Source: Candidatus Fervidifonticultor secundus (lineage in GTDB: Bacteria; Sysuimicrobiota; Sysuimicrobiia; Sysuimicrobiales; Humicultoraceae). From it: 64,000 nucleotides of DNA. Location: positions 32,001 through 96,000 of the forward strand of contig JAVKIP010000004.1 of assembly GCA_031459385.1 (NCBI GenBank), written 5' to 3'. The position numbers and the translations under genes are program-made. Of the stretch, positions 1-8,947 are shown piece by piece (the stretch's first letter is position 1; each line of letters starts with the position of its first letter). The notes under the pieces were generated by a model. The model was not told the origin of the DNA. It was given only the letters and a program-made list of their open reading frames with translations, and searched no databases.

Positions 1-897
1 CAGGGCCACCACGTCCTCCATGGCGATGCCCTGAGACTCGAAGAGCGTGATCTGGTCCGGCCGCGCGCGCCCCGGCGCGCGACCGGCCACGATGGCACCC
101 AGCTCGACGACGCGCGACCACACGGGATCGCCCGCCCGCTCCGCGGCCAGGAGGTCGCCGCACTCTACCCGCGCCTGGTCCAGCGCGTCGACGGCGATGA
201 GCTGGCTGCGCCGCACCGCCTCCGCGTCGAGCTCGGCGCGCGTCGCCGCGTTGGCACCGGCCGCGTTGATGTGGACGCCGGGGGACAGCCACGCGCCCCC
301 GAGCACCGGATCGCGCGCCGAGGTGATCGTGACGATGACGTCCACGCCGGCGACGGCCTCCTGCGCGCTCTCGACCGCGACCGCCTCGACGCCGAGGGCG
401 GCCACGATCTCCTCGGCGAACGCGTGACGGCGCTCGGGCGTGCGGCTGTACACCTTGACCAGCGCGACGGGCCGTACCCGCGCCACGGCCTGCACCTGGC
501 TGCGGGCCTGCCACCCGCTCCCGATCACGCCCAGCGCCCCAGCGTCCGGGCGCGCCAGGAACTTCGTGGCCACACCGCTCGCCGCGCCCGTCCGCAGCTG
601 CCCGAGCCGGTCGGCTTCCGTCATCAGCAGCAACTCGCCGTCGTCCAGGCGGTAGAGCAGCGCGACGAAGCGCGCGCCGCGCGGGGTCGTGGCATAGGCC
701 TTCACGCCCGCGACACCCAGCGGCGGCACCGCAGCGTGCATGACGTGGAGCACGCCCTGCGGTGTGATCGCCCGCGTGCGCGGCTGGTTCACCGCCGCGC
801 CTTCCCCCAGCCACCGGAAGCCCTGCTCGACCGCAGCGATCACGTCGTCTATCGCCAGCAGCCGCTCGACGTCGGCTTCCTGCAACCACCGCGCCAT
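1..897 (-). CDS. Ornithine cyclodeaminase / mu-crystallin family protein (3' end runs off window)
   Basis: Translated by hand from ATG at 897: MARWLQEADVERLL...LGQLRTGAASGVATKF...HINAAG...ITLFESQGIAMEDVVAL; OCD family motifs. Confidence 0.9.
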   Translation of the reverse strand, partial: MARWLQEADVERLLAIDDVIAAVEQGFRWLGEGAAVNQPRTRAITPQGVLHVMHAAVPPLGVAGVKAYATTPRGARFVALLYRLDDGELLLMTEADRLGQLRTGAASGVATKFLARPDAGALGVIGSGWQARSQVQAVARVRPVALVKVYSRTPERRHAFAEEIVAALGVEAVAVESAQEAVAGVDVIVTITSARDPVLGGAWLSPGVHINAAGANAATRAELDAEAVRRSQLIAVDALDQARVECGDLLAAERAGDPVWSRVVELGAIVAGRAPGRARPDQITLFESQGIAMEDVVAL

Positions 898-1097
898 GCG
901 ATTCCCACGCCCCGCGCCGCCGATGTCGTCGCGCGAATGCCCTTCGTAGTGCTCGCCCCGGGTCCTCCGGCCGGGCCGGCGCGGTTCAATGTTCCCCAAC
1001 CTCTTGAGGGCTTCCTGTCAGGCCTGGCCGGCGGGGAACCGCACGGCTGGTCTCGAACCCCCGCCTGGGACCCCTCAATGGCGAAGGGGGAGTGCAC

Positions 1098-2282
1098 ATG
1101 ATCGAACGTCTGTTTGCGGAAATCGATGCCGCCCGAGACGCCTTGGTGGCGCTCCGGCGCGACCTGCACGCCCACCCGGAACTGGGCTTCCAGGAGGTCC
1201 GCACCAGCGGGATCGTGGCGGAACGGCTGCGCGCCGCGGGGCTGGCCGTGCGGACCGGGCTGGCCACCACCGGCGTGGCCGGGGTGCTCCGGGGCGCACG
1301 GCCCGGGCCCAGCGTCCTCGTCAGGGCCGATATCGACGCCCTCCCCATCGAGGAGGCCAACACCGTCCCCTACCGGAGCCAGCGGGCCGGGGTGATGCAC
1401 GCCTGAGGGCACGACGGGCACACCGCGGTCGCGGTGGTGGTCGCGGAACTCCTGGCCCGGCAGCGGGACCGGCTGCCGGGGGCGCTCGTCTTCGCCTTCC
1501 AGCCCGCCGAAGAGATCGTCGCCGGCGCCAGGCCCATGATCGAGGCTGGCGTGATGGACGACCCGAAGGTGGATGCCGTCGTCGGGCTGCACCTGTGGAA
1601 CGACCTGCCGGCAGGGGTCGTCGGCGTCCGCGCCGGTGCGGTCTTCGCCGCGGCCGACGAACTCGAGGTCGTGGTGGAAGGGCGTGGCGGCCACGGCGGC
1701 ATCCCGCATCAGGCCGCCGATCCGATTCTGGCCGCCGCGCACATCGTGACCGCGCTGCAGGCCATCGTCAGTCGGGAGACGCCGCCGCTGGACGCCGCGG
1801 TGGTTTCATTTGGGACGATCCAGGCGGGCACGGCCTTCAACATCATTCCCGACCGTGTGGAGCTGCGCGGCACGGTGCGGACCTTCGCGCCCGAGGTCCG
1901 CGAGCGGACGTTGCGGCGGATTCAGGAGATCGCCACCGGCGTGGCGGGAGCCCTGCGCGGGCGGGCCGAGGTCATCACGCGGCCGGGCTGTCCGGTCGTG
2001 CGCAACGACCCCGGGGTGACCGACGTCGTGCGCCGCGTGGCGGAGGAGGTCGTGGGCGCGGACCGCGTCGAGGAGATGCAGCCCACCACCGGGAGCGACG
2101 ACATGGCGTACTTCCTGGAGCGCGCGCCCGGCTGCTACTTCGTGGTCGGCTCCCACAACCGCGACCGCGGGCTGGACGGCCGACACCACACCGACCGGTT
2201 CGACTTCGACGAAGACGCGCTGACGGTGGCCGCCAAGGTACTAGGCGGCGCGGCCGTGCGGCTGCTGGAGGGCGCCGGCTAG
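1098..2282 (+). CDS. M20D family amidohydrolase with in-frame TGA at codon 103 (candidate selenocysteine)
   Basis: ORFs 1092..1406 and 1434..2282 are in the same frame, separated only by TGA 1404-1406; motifs RRDLHAHPELGFQE, RADIDALP, MHA*GHDGH, FQPAEE, GRGGHG, GSDDMAYF; SD AAGGGGGAG before ATG 1098. Confidence 0.88.
1407..1445 (+). promoter_or_regulatory. Putative bacterial SECIS element
   Basis: Upper stem CACCGC(1421-1426)/GCGGTG(1431-1436) with GGTC loop beginning 20 nt after the TGA; lower pairing CGAC(1412-1415)/GTCG(1440-1443). Confidence 0.6.
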
Positions 2283-3142
2283 GCGGGCGGTCGCAGCACC
2301 TCGCCCACGAACGCGTCCAGGGCCGCCGTCGCCGGCGGCGGCGCGGCGACGAACACCCGCCACGCCCCGCGCACCCGGTCCACCGTCTCCGGCGCCAGGA
2401 GCGCTGGGAGCGGTGGCTCGGTCCAGGGAAGCGCGTCGACCTGGAGGGCGGCCTCGTCACAGTAGTCCAGGGTCGCGTCGAGGAAGTCGCGCAGGGAACG
2501 CCCGGCCAGCTCGGGTACGGGCGGAGGCCGGTCCCACCGGTCGGCGAACGCGGCAGTCAGGAGCTGGATCAGCGCCGCCAGAGTGCCCAGGGCCCGCGCG
2601 CCGTCCCAGCGCGCCTGAATGCTCTGCGCGGTCGGCCCGCTCGCCAGCGCGCTCACGTGCATCGCCTCGGCGGCGGCCGCCGCCAGCGCCAGCCTAATGG
2701 CCCCGCCCAGGCGGTCACCCGCGTCCGTCCGGCCCACCAGGTGGCGCAGGATCGCGGCGGCGGCATCGTGCGCCTTCCGCGCGTGTGCCGGCGTGGTGAT
2801 GCGCGGCATCGTCACCCGGCGGGCGAACAGGTCGCCGACCAGCACCGGCAGCCACTCCGGGTGGTCGTAGCGCGACGGGTGGCTGGCAAGGCGTCGCCGC
2901 AGGGCAGCCAGGGCGCGGGCGCCCAGCGACCCCGAGGCGTCCAGGGCGATCCGCAGGGGGAGGAACACCAGCGCGCCCCACACGATCAGCGCGAAGATCC
3001 AGCGGTCCAGTCCCCACCCGGCCAGCTGCATCGCGCCGAGGGTCAGGAAGAACCCGACAACACACCCCCCCAGCAGCCAGCGCGCCACGAGCGCACGCCT
3101 GCGCCCCTCGGCGAGCCGCGCAAGCCACAGGTGCATCGCCAT
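2279..3142 (-). CDS. Hypothetical membrane protein (two N-terminal TM helices)
   Basis: ORF with SD GGAAGGA before ATG 3142; hydrophobic segments LLGGCVVGFFLTLGAM and WIFALIVWGALVFLPL. Confidence 0.7.
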   Translation of the reverse strand: MAMHLWLARLAEGRRRALVARWLLGGCVVGFFLTLGAMQLAGWGLDRWIFALIVWGALVFLPLRIALDASGSLGARALAALRRRLASHPSRYDHPEWLPVLVGDLFARRVTMPRITTPAHARKAHDAAAAILRHLVGRTDAGDRLGGAIRLALAAAAAEAMHVSALASGPTAQSIQARWDGARALGTLAALIQLLTAAFADRWDRPPPVPELAGRSLRDFLDATLDYCDEAALQVDALPWTEPPLPALLAPETVDRVRGAWRVFVAAPPPATAALDAFVGEVLRPPA

Positions 3143-3240
3143 CGTCCTTCCAGTTTCGCGCCAGGTGCTCACAACCCTTGCCGGCCGGCGGTGGTAGGGG
3201 CCGGCCGCGCCCCGCCACCCGGGCGCGCGGCCCGCAAGCG

Positions 3241-3266
3241 GGAACGCGGCGGGCGCAGGGGTCGTT
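3241..3266 (+). promoter_or_regulatory. SigR/SigH-type ECF promoter upstream of YceI gene
   Basis: GGAAC-N18-GTT. Confidence 0.6.
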
Positions 3267-3305
3267 CATCTCGTAGCACGGCGTCCTGGGGGCGGGGAGG
3301 CGGCC

Positions 3306-3875
3306 ATGGTGCGCGGGGTCGTCTGGGCGGCGGTGCTCGTGACGCAGGCGGTCACGCTCCTGCCGGTCGGCGTCTTCCAGATCGAGCCCGGCGCCAGCCG
3401 TGTGGAGTTCGTCATGCGCGACAACCGCGGCGGGTTTACCGGCAGCACTGACCGCGTCGAAGGCGTCGTGCACGTGCGCCAGGCCAACGGCGATGCGTTC
3501 GCTGCCACCGTGGAGGCCCGCGTGGACGCCCGGGCCCTGTCCACCGGGATCGGCCTGCGCGACGCGCAGATGCGCCGCGACTTCCTGCAGACCGACCGGT
3601 ATCCCCACATCGTGTTCCGCGGCGCCGTCACCACCCGCGACCGCCCCACAGCCCTCCGCATCGCGGCGGTGGCGCGCGGGACGCTGACGGTCCGCGACGT
3701 CACCCGCGACGTCGAGATTCCGCTGGAGGTCACCGCGCTCACCGACGAGTACCTGGCCGCCGGGGAGACCACGATCCGGCTGTCGGCCTTCGGGATTCCC
3801 ATCCCCCGCTTCCTGATCTTCGCGGCCGAGGATCCGGTGACAGTGCGGCTGCGGGTGCGCGTGCGGCGCGGGTAG
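3306..3875 (+). CDS. YceI family lipid/polyisoprenoid-binding protein
   Basis: Signal-like N-terminus; SRVEF, LSTGIGLRDAQMR...FLQTDRYPHIVF, GTLTVRDVTRDV motifs; SD GGGAGG. Confidence 0.85.
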   Translation: MVRGVVWAAVLVTQAVTLLPVGVFQIEPGASRVEFVMRDNRGGFTGSTDRVEGVVHVRQANGDAFAATVEARVDARALSTGIGLRDAQMRRDFLQTDRYPHIVFRGAVTTRDRPTALRIAAVARGTLTVRDVTRDVEIPLEVTALTDEYLAAGETTIRLSAFGIPIPRFLIFAAEDPVTVRLRVRVRRG

Positions 3876-3913
3876 CGCGCCGGCTCCAGGAGAGGCGTCC
3901 CGCGCGTCGAATT

Positions 3914-5287
3914 GTGGCGGGCGTGGACGCGGCTCTGGCGTACGCCCGCGAGCACCGCACGCGCTTCCTCAGCGAACTCGTGGATCTGCTGCGCATCCCC
4001 AGCGTCAGCACGGCGCCGCAGCATGTCGACGACGTGGCGCGGGCGGCGCACTGGCTGGCTGCCCACCTCGACGGGCTGGGGCTGCGCGCGCGCGTGGAGG
4101 CCGGCGGCCGGCATCCGCTGGTGCTCGCCGAATGGATGGGCGCGCCGGGTCGGCCGACGGTGCTGTGCTACGGGCACTTCGACGTGCAGCCGCCCGACCC
4201 GGTGGACCTCTGGCGGAGCCCGCCCTTCGACCCGGTGATCGACGGCGACGTCGTCTACGCCCGCGGGGCTTCCGACGACAAGGGCCAGCTCTTCATCCAC
4301 CTGAAGGCGCTGGAGGCCATCCTGCGCACGACCGGGAGGCTTCCGGTGAACCTGAAGGTCCTCCTGGAGGGTGAAGAGGAGATCGGCAGCCCCACGCTGG
4401 CGACGTACATACCGCGCCGGCGCCGGCGGCTGGCCTGCGATGCCGCGCTCGTCAGCGACGGGTCGCTGTTCGCGCCCGATCTCCCCACGCTGGTCACCGG
4501 CCTGCGAGGTCTGCTGTACACCGAGGTCGACGTGCAGGGCGCCCGGCGGGACCTCCACTCGGGCCAGTTCGGCGGCGCCGCACCCAACGCCCTGGGCGCC
4601 GCCGCCCAGATCGTCGCGGCCCTGAAGGACCGCCGCGGGCGCGTCCGCGTGCCGGGCTTCTACACCCGCGTGCGCGAGCCGTCTCCTGCCGAACGCGACG
4701 CCTGGGCCCGGTTGCCGTTCGACGAGGCGGCGTTTCTCGCGATGCTGGGCACCGACGCGGCGCCCGGTGAGGCGGGGGTGCCGGTGCTCGAGCGGCTGTG
4801 GACGCGGCCGACGCTCGATGTGCACGGCATCGCCGGCGGCTTCACGGGCGAGGGGATGAAGACCGTGATTCCCGCCCGCGCCGTCGCGAAGGTGTCCATG
4901 CGCCTGGTGCCCGACCAGGAGCCGGCGCGCATCTTCCGGCGGTTCGCGCGGTTCGTGCAGCGTCAGGCGCCGCCGGGTGTGCGGGTTGAGGTGCGCCACC
5001 TGGCGTCGACGCCGCCGGTCGTGACCTCGCCGGAAGCCGCGCCGGTCCGGGCTGCGGGAAGGGCCCTGGAGGAGACCTTCGGGCGACCGCCGGTCTACGT
5101 CCGCGAGGGCGGGAGTATCCCGGTCGTGGCCGCGTTCGTGCGGGCGCTGCGGGTCCCCGCGGTCCTGATGGGCTTCGGCCTCCCCGACGACAACCTCCAC
5201 GCGCCCAACGAGAAGTTCTCGCTGGCGAACTTCGGCCGGGGCATCGAGGCCACGATTCGTTTCTTCTACCACTATGGGAACGGGTGA
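3914..5287 (+). CDS. M20 family dipeptidase (Dug1/CNDP2-like); start may be GTG 3923
   Basis: LRIPSVST, YGHFDVQP, ARGASDDKG, EGEEEIGS, DLHSG, GGSIP, HAPNEKF motifs. Confidence 0.92.
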   Translation: MAGVDAALAYAREHRTRFLSELVDLLRIPSVSTAPQHVDDVARAAHWLAAHLDGLGLRARVEAGGRHPLVLAEWMGAPGRPTVLCYGHFDVQPPDPVDLWRSPPFDPVIDGDVVYARGASDDKGQLFIHLKALEAILRTTGRLPVNLKVLLEGEEEIGSPTLATYIPRRRRRLACDAALVSDGSLFAPDLPTLVTGLRGLLYTEVDVQGARRDLHSGQFGGAAPNALGAAAQIVAALKDRRGRVRVPGFYTRVREPSPAERDAWARLPFDEAAFLAMLGTDAAPGEAGVPVLERLWTRPTLDVHGIAGGFTGEGMKTVIPARAVAKVSMRLVPDQEPARIFRRFARFVQRQAPPGVRVEVRHLASTPPVVTSPEAAPVRAAGRALEETFGRPPVYVREGGSIPVVAAFVRALRVPAVLMGFGLPDDNLHAPNEKFSLANFGRGIEATIRFFYHYGNG

Positions 5288-6560
5288 CCGCGCCCCGGCA
5301 CCGGGGAGCGGGGGCGTCGGGGCGCCCGCGCGGCCGCTGGCGATCGCCCTGGGCGTCATCGGCGTCGTGCTGCTGCTGCTGGCCGCGACCGGGCTTCCTG
5401 CCGTGCCCCGCACCAGCTGGATCGTCCTGGGGCTGGCGTCGGGAGTCGCGCCGCTGCTCGGCGTGATGCTGCCGTCGGGGATCCTGGTGACGCCGCTGGG
5501 CGGGGTTGCGCTCGGCGCGCTCTTCCTGTACGGCTGGCCGGCCGCGCTCCTGCTGCTCGTCCCCGGGATGGTCGTGCAGTACCTTCGCCGCAGGCGGCCG
5601 CCGATCCGGCTGGGCGCCGAGCTGGGCCAGCACGCGCTGGCGCTCGGAGGCGCCGGAGTCGTCACGCCCGCGGCGGGCCCCGACGGCCTGAGCGCGTGGA
5701 CCGTGGCGCTGGGCGGCGCGGTCTACACCGTGATCTGGGCGGCCGTCGAGATGGGGACCCGGCGGGCCACGGCGGAGGATCGCGCGGTCGTGCGGCCGCC
5801 CGTGGGCGCAGACGCGCTGCTCGCGCCTGCGGCCATGGTGCCTGGCGGGGTGGTCATAGCCGCCCTGGCGCTGGCGGCCGGTTCGGGAGCGGCGGGGGTC
5901 GCGTTGGGCAGCGTGCTCTGGCTGCTGGCGGGCGCCGCTGTCTGGGGCGCGGCGGCGGCACGGGCGGCGCAGCGCAGGATCGCCGACCTCACGCGCCGGC
6001 TGGACGACGCCATGGTGGCAGTGGAACGCCTGGCCGTGGCCGATCCGCTGACGGGCCTCTACAACCGCCGGCAGTTCCACCTGAGGCTGGAGGAAGAGTT
6101 CCGGCGGGAGGCGCGCGCCAACACGCCCTTCAGCGTGCTCCTGCTGGACGTCGTCGGCTTCCGGCAGATCAACGAGACGCACGGGCACCTGGTCGGCGAC
6201 GCGGTGTTGCAGCAGCTCGCCCGGCTGTTGGACGGCGCCGTGCGGCCGGGAGACCTGCTGTTCCGCACGGGTGGCGACGACTTCGCGGCGCTCCTGCCGC
6301 GCACCGATCGCCCGGCGGCCGAAGCCGCGCTGGCACGCCTCACGGCGCTGGCGGCCGCCACGCCCCTGCCCGCCGGCGCGCATCGCGTCCTCGTCCGCCT
6401 CCACGGCGGCGTGGCCACCGCGCCGGAGGCCGGCACCGACCCCGACGCCCTGATCGCGGCCGCCACGGCCGCGCTGGAGCGCGCGCGCGCGCGCTGCGGC
6501 GGGGCCAGCCGCCCGCAGCGAACGCTGCCTCGCCTGGACCCTGACCGGCCGACGCGGTGA
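5274..6560 (+). CDS. Membrane-anchored GGDEF-domain protein (GGDDF variant)
   Basis: Multi-TM N-terminus; DPLTGLYNRR, INETHGHLVGD, RPGDLLFRTGGDDF. Confidence 0.85.
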   Translation: MGTGDRAPAPGSGGVGAPARPLAIALGVIGVVLLLLAATGLPAVPRTSWIVLGLASGVAPLLGVMLPSGILVTPLGGVALGALFLYGWPAALLLLVPGMVVQYLRRRRPPIRLGAELGQHALALGGAGVVTPAAGPDGLSAWTVALGGAVYTVIWAAVEMGTRRATAEDRAVVRPPVGADALLAPAAMVPGGVVIAALALAAGSGAAGVALGSVLWLLAGAAVWGAAAARAAQRRIADLTRRLDDAMVAVERLAVADPLTGLYNRRQFHLRLEEEFRREARANTPFSVLLLDVVGFRQINETHGHLVGDAVLQQLARLLDGAVRPGDLLFRTGGDDFAALLPRTDRPAAEAALARLTALAAATPLPAGAHRVLVRLHGGVATAPEAGTDPDALIAAATAALERARARCGGASRPQRTLPRLDPDRPTR

Positions 6561-6566
6561 AGGGCG

Positions 6567-7226
6567 GTGGAGTTCCTGGCACGCGCCCTCGATCTCCTCG
6601 TGCACCTGGATCGCCACCTGGGCACCCTGGTCCAGGCGTACGGCGTGTGGGCGTACCCGGTGCTGGCGCTGGTGATCTTCGCCGAGACGGGACTGGTGGT
6701 GACGCCGTTCCTGCCCGGCGACTCGCTGCTCTTTGCGGCCGGTGCGATCGCGGCGCGCGGCGGGCTCAACGTCTGGGGGCTGGCTGCGCTGCTGGCCGCC
6801 GCCGCCATCGTCGGCGATGCCGTGAACTACTGGGTGGGACGCGCCCTGGGGGTGCGTCTGGTCGCGCCCGGCCGGACGCGGTACATCCGCCAGGAGCACC
6901 TGGATCGCACGCACGCTTTCTACGAGCGCCACGGGGCCAGGACCATCGTGCTGGCGCGGTTCGTGCCCATCGTCCGCACCTTCGCGCCGTTCGTGGCCGG
7001 GCTGGGGCGCATGACCTACAGCCGGTTCACCGTCTACAACGTGACCGGCGCGGCGCTGTGGGTGGGGATCTTCGTACTGGGCGGCTACTGGTTCGGTAAT
7101 CTGCCGCTGGCGCAACGACACCTGACGCCGGTGCTCCTGGGCGTCATCGTGGTCTCGCTGCTGCCCGTCGGGCGCGAGGTGCTCCGCGCCTGGCGTGGGA
7201 AAGAAGTGAGCGCGGGCGACCGTTAA
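6567..7226 (+). CDS. dedA: DedA family membrane protein
   Basis: FAETGLVVTPFLPGDSLLFAAG, ARFVPIVRTFAPFVAG signature motifs. Confidence 0.93.
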   Translation: MEFLARALDLLVHLDRHLGTLVQAYGVWAYPVLALVIFAETGLVVTPFLPGDSLLFAAGAIAARGGLNVWGLAALLAAAAIVGDAVNYWVGRALGVRLVAPGRTRYIRQEHLDRTHAFYERHGARTIVLARFVPIVRTFAPFVAGLGRMTYSRFTVYNVTGAALWVGIFVLGGYWFGNLPLAQRHLTPVLLGVIVVSLLPVGREVLRAWRGKEVSAGDR

Positions 7227-7320
7227 AAATGAAGAAGAGGAGTAGCGGGACCGGGGCCCGCGTGCCGCACGCTGCTGCGGCGGGCAGGAGATGGGCCTGC
7301 GGACCTCGAGGGGGGATGAA

Positions 7321-8880
7321 ATGGTGCGCACCCTGCCGATAGCGGTACTGCTGATCGTCGTCGGTGCTGGCAGCTGGTCGGCCGGCGCAGCCCCTGCCGT
7401 GAGCCCGCAGCGGGGCGGGATCCTGATCGTGGGGCAGGGGACCGATGCCACGACGCTGGACGGGCACCTCTACACCGACGCGCCCACGGCGACCATCATG
7501 GAGCACATGGTGGAGACCCTGTTCGAGCTGACCCCCGAGGGCAAGGTGCAGCCGCGCCTGGCCACAGCCTTCCAGGTGTCCCCGGACGGGCGGACGTTCA
7601 CCATCCGCCTGCGGCCGGGCGTACGGTTCCACGACGGCACCGCGCTCGACGCCGAGGCCGTGAAGTTCAACCTCGACCGCATCCTCGATCCGGCGACGCG
7701 CGCGCCCTGGCGTTTCCTCATCAGCCGCGTCCAGCGGGTGGAGGCCGTCGACCCTACGACGGTGCGCCTGACGACCGACGCGCCGTTTGCGCCGCTGCTG
7801 GCGCACCTGACCCACAGCGGCACCGGCATTCAGAGCCCCGCGGCGATCCGACGCCTGGGCGCCGACTACGCGCGCCAGCCGGTCGGCACCGGGCCGTTCC
7901 GGTTCCGGGAATGGGTGCGCGGTGACCGCGTGGTCGTCGTCCGCAACGACGACTACTGGGGCGAGCGGGCGCTGCTGGACGAGGTGCAGTTCCGCGTCAT
8001 CCCCGACGACGGCGCGCGCCTGGCCGCGCTGGAGGCCGGGTCGCTGCACGTGGCGGTGCGCGTGCCGCCCCGCGAGATCGAGCGGCTGCGGGGCAGCCGT
8101 GACGTCCGCGTCTCCATCGACACGAGCCTGCGGACGATCTACGTGGCGTTCAACGTCTCGCGACCACCGTTCAACGACCGGCGGACGCGCCTGGCGCTGA
8201 ACTACGCTGTCAACAAGGACGCCATCGTCAGGTCGGCGCTGGCCGGCACAGCCCGGGTCTCCGACGCGCCCATCGCGCCCAATGTGCAGGGCTACTCCAA
8301 GATCATGAGCTACCCGTGGGACCTGGAGCGGGCCGAGACGCTGCTGCGCGAAGCGGGCTACAGCCGCGAGCGCCCGCTGCGCGCCGTCTTCCACCACCCG
8401 ACGGGGCGGTACATCCGCGATGCTGAGATCGCGGCCAGCATCCAGGGCTTGGCGCGGCGGGCGGGCATCGAGCTCGAGCTGCGGACGCTCGAGTTCGGCG
8501 CGTACATCGCACTCACCGCCCGGCCGCGCGAGCAGAACGACATCCAGATGTACATGCTGGGCTGGGGCACCGTGACCGGCGACGCGGACTACGGGCTTTA
8601 CGCGTTGTTCCACACGTCCCAGTTTCCGCCCGTGGGCTTCAACCGCGGCTTCTACAGCAACCCACGCGTCGATGCGCTGCTCGATCGCGGCCGGACCACG
8701 GTGGACCAGGGCGAGCGCAACAAGATCTACGCTGAGGCCATGAAGCTCATCATGGAGGACGCCGCGTGGATCTTCCTGCACAGCGAGTCCCAAGTGACAG
8801 GCCTGCGAGCCGCCGTGCAAGACCTGGTGATCCATCCAGCCGAGCGCGTCATCGCCACCAGGGCGTGGCTGCGCCGGTAG
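7321..8880 (+). CDS. Peptide/glutathione ABC transporter substrate-binding protein (SBP family 5)
   Basis: Signal peptide; LRPGVRFHDGT, AEAVKFNLDRI, PVGTGPFRF, FYSNPRVDALL. Confidence 0.92.
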   Translation: MVRTLPIAVLLIVVGAGSWSAGAAPAVSPQRGGILIVGQGTDATTLDGHLYTDAPTATIMEHMVETLFELTPEGKVQPRLATAFQVSPDGRTFTIRLRPGVRFHDGTALDAEAVKFNLDRILDPATRAPWRFLISRVQRVEAVDPTTVRLTTDAPFAPLLAHLTHSGTGIQSPAAIRRLGADYARQPVGTGPFRFREWVRGDRVVVVRNDDYWGERALLDEVQFRVIPDDGARLAALEAGSLHVAVRVPPREIERLRGSRDVRVSIDTSLRTIYVAFNVSRPPFNDRRTRLALNYAVNKDAIVRSALAGTARVSDAPIAPNVQGYSKIMSYPWDLERAETLLREAGYSRERPLRAVFHHPTGRYIRDAEIAASIQGLARRAGIELELRTLEFGAYIALTARPREQNDIQMYMLGWGTVTGDADYGLYALFHTSQFPPVGFNRGFYSNPRVDALLDRGRTTVDQGERNKIYAEAMKLIMEDAAWIFLHSESQVTGLRAAVQDLVIHPAERVIATRAWLRR

Positions 8881-8900
8881 GGGGACCGCAGAGGTAGAGG

Positions 8901-8939
8901 CGCCGGGGGAGGGGGCCACCAGGCTCGCCCCCCCGGCGT
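8901..8939 (+). other. Intergenic stem-loop between SBP and permease genes
   Basis: GCCGGGGG...CCCCCGGC inverted repeat; typical position for a differential mRNA-stability hairpin. Confidence 0.55.
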
Positions 8940-8947
8940 GCGATGCC

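Noticed and set aside
990..1035. SRP (4.5S) RNA or tRNA-Sec
   Set aside because: The minus-strand CAGG...GGAAG resemblance lacks the GNRA loop and AGCAG motif; no cloverleaf with a TCA anticodon can be built
1092..2282. Treating the amidohydrolase as two genes or a simple pseudogene
   Set aside because: Same frame, single TGA at the conserved Cys, downstream hairpin and no other lesions; a nonsense mutation remains possible but is not the preferred reading
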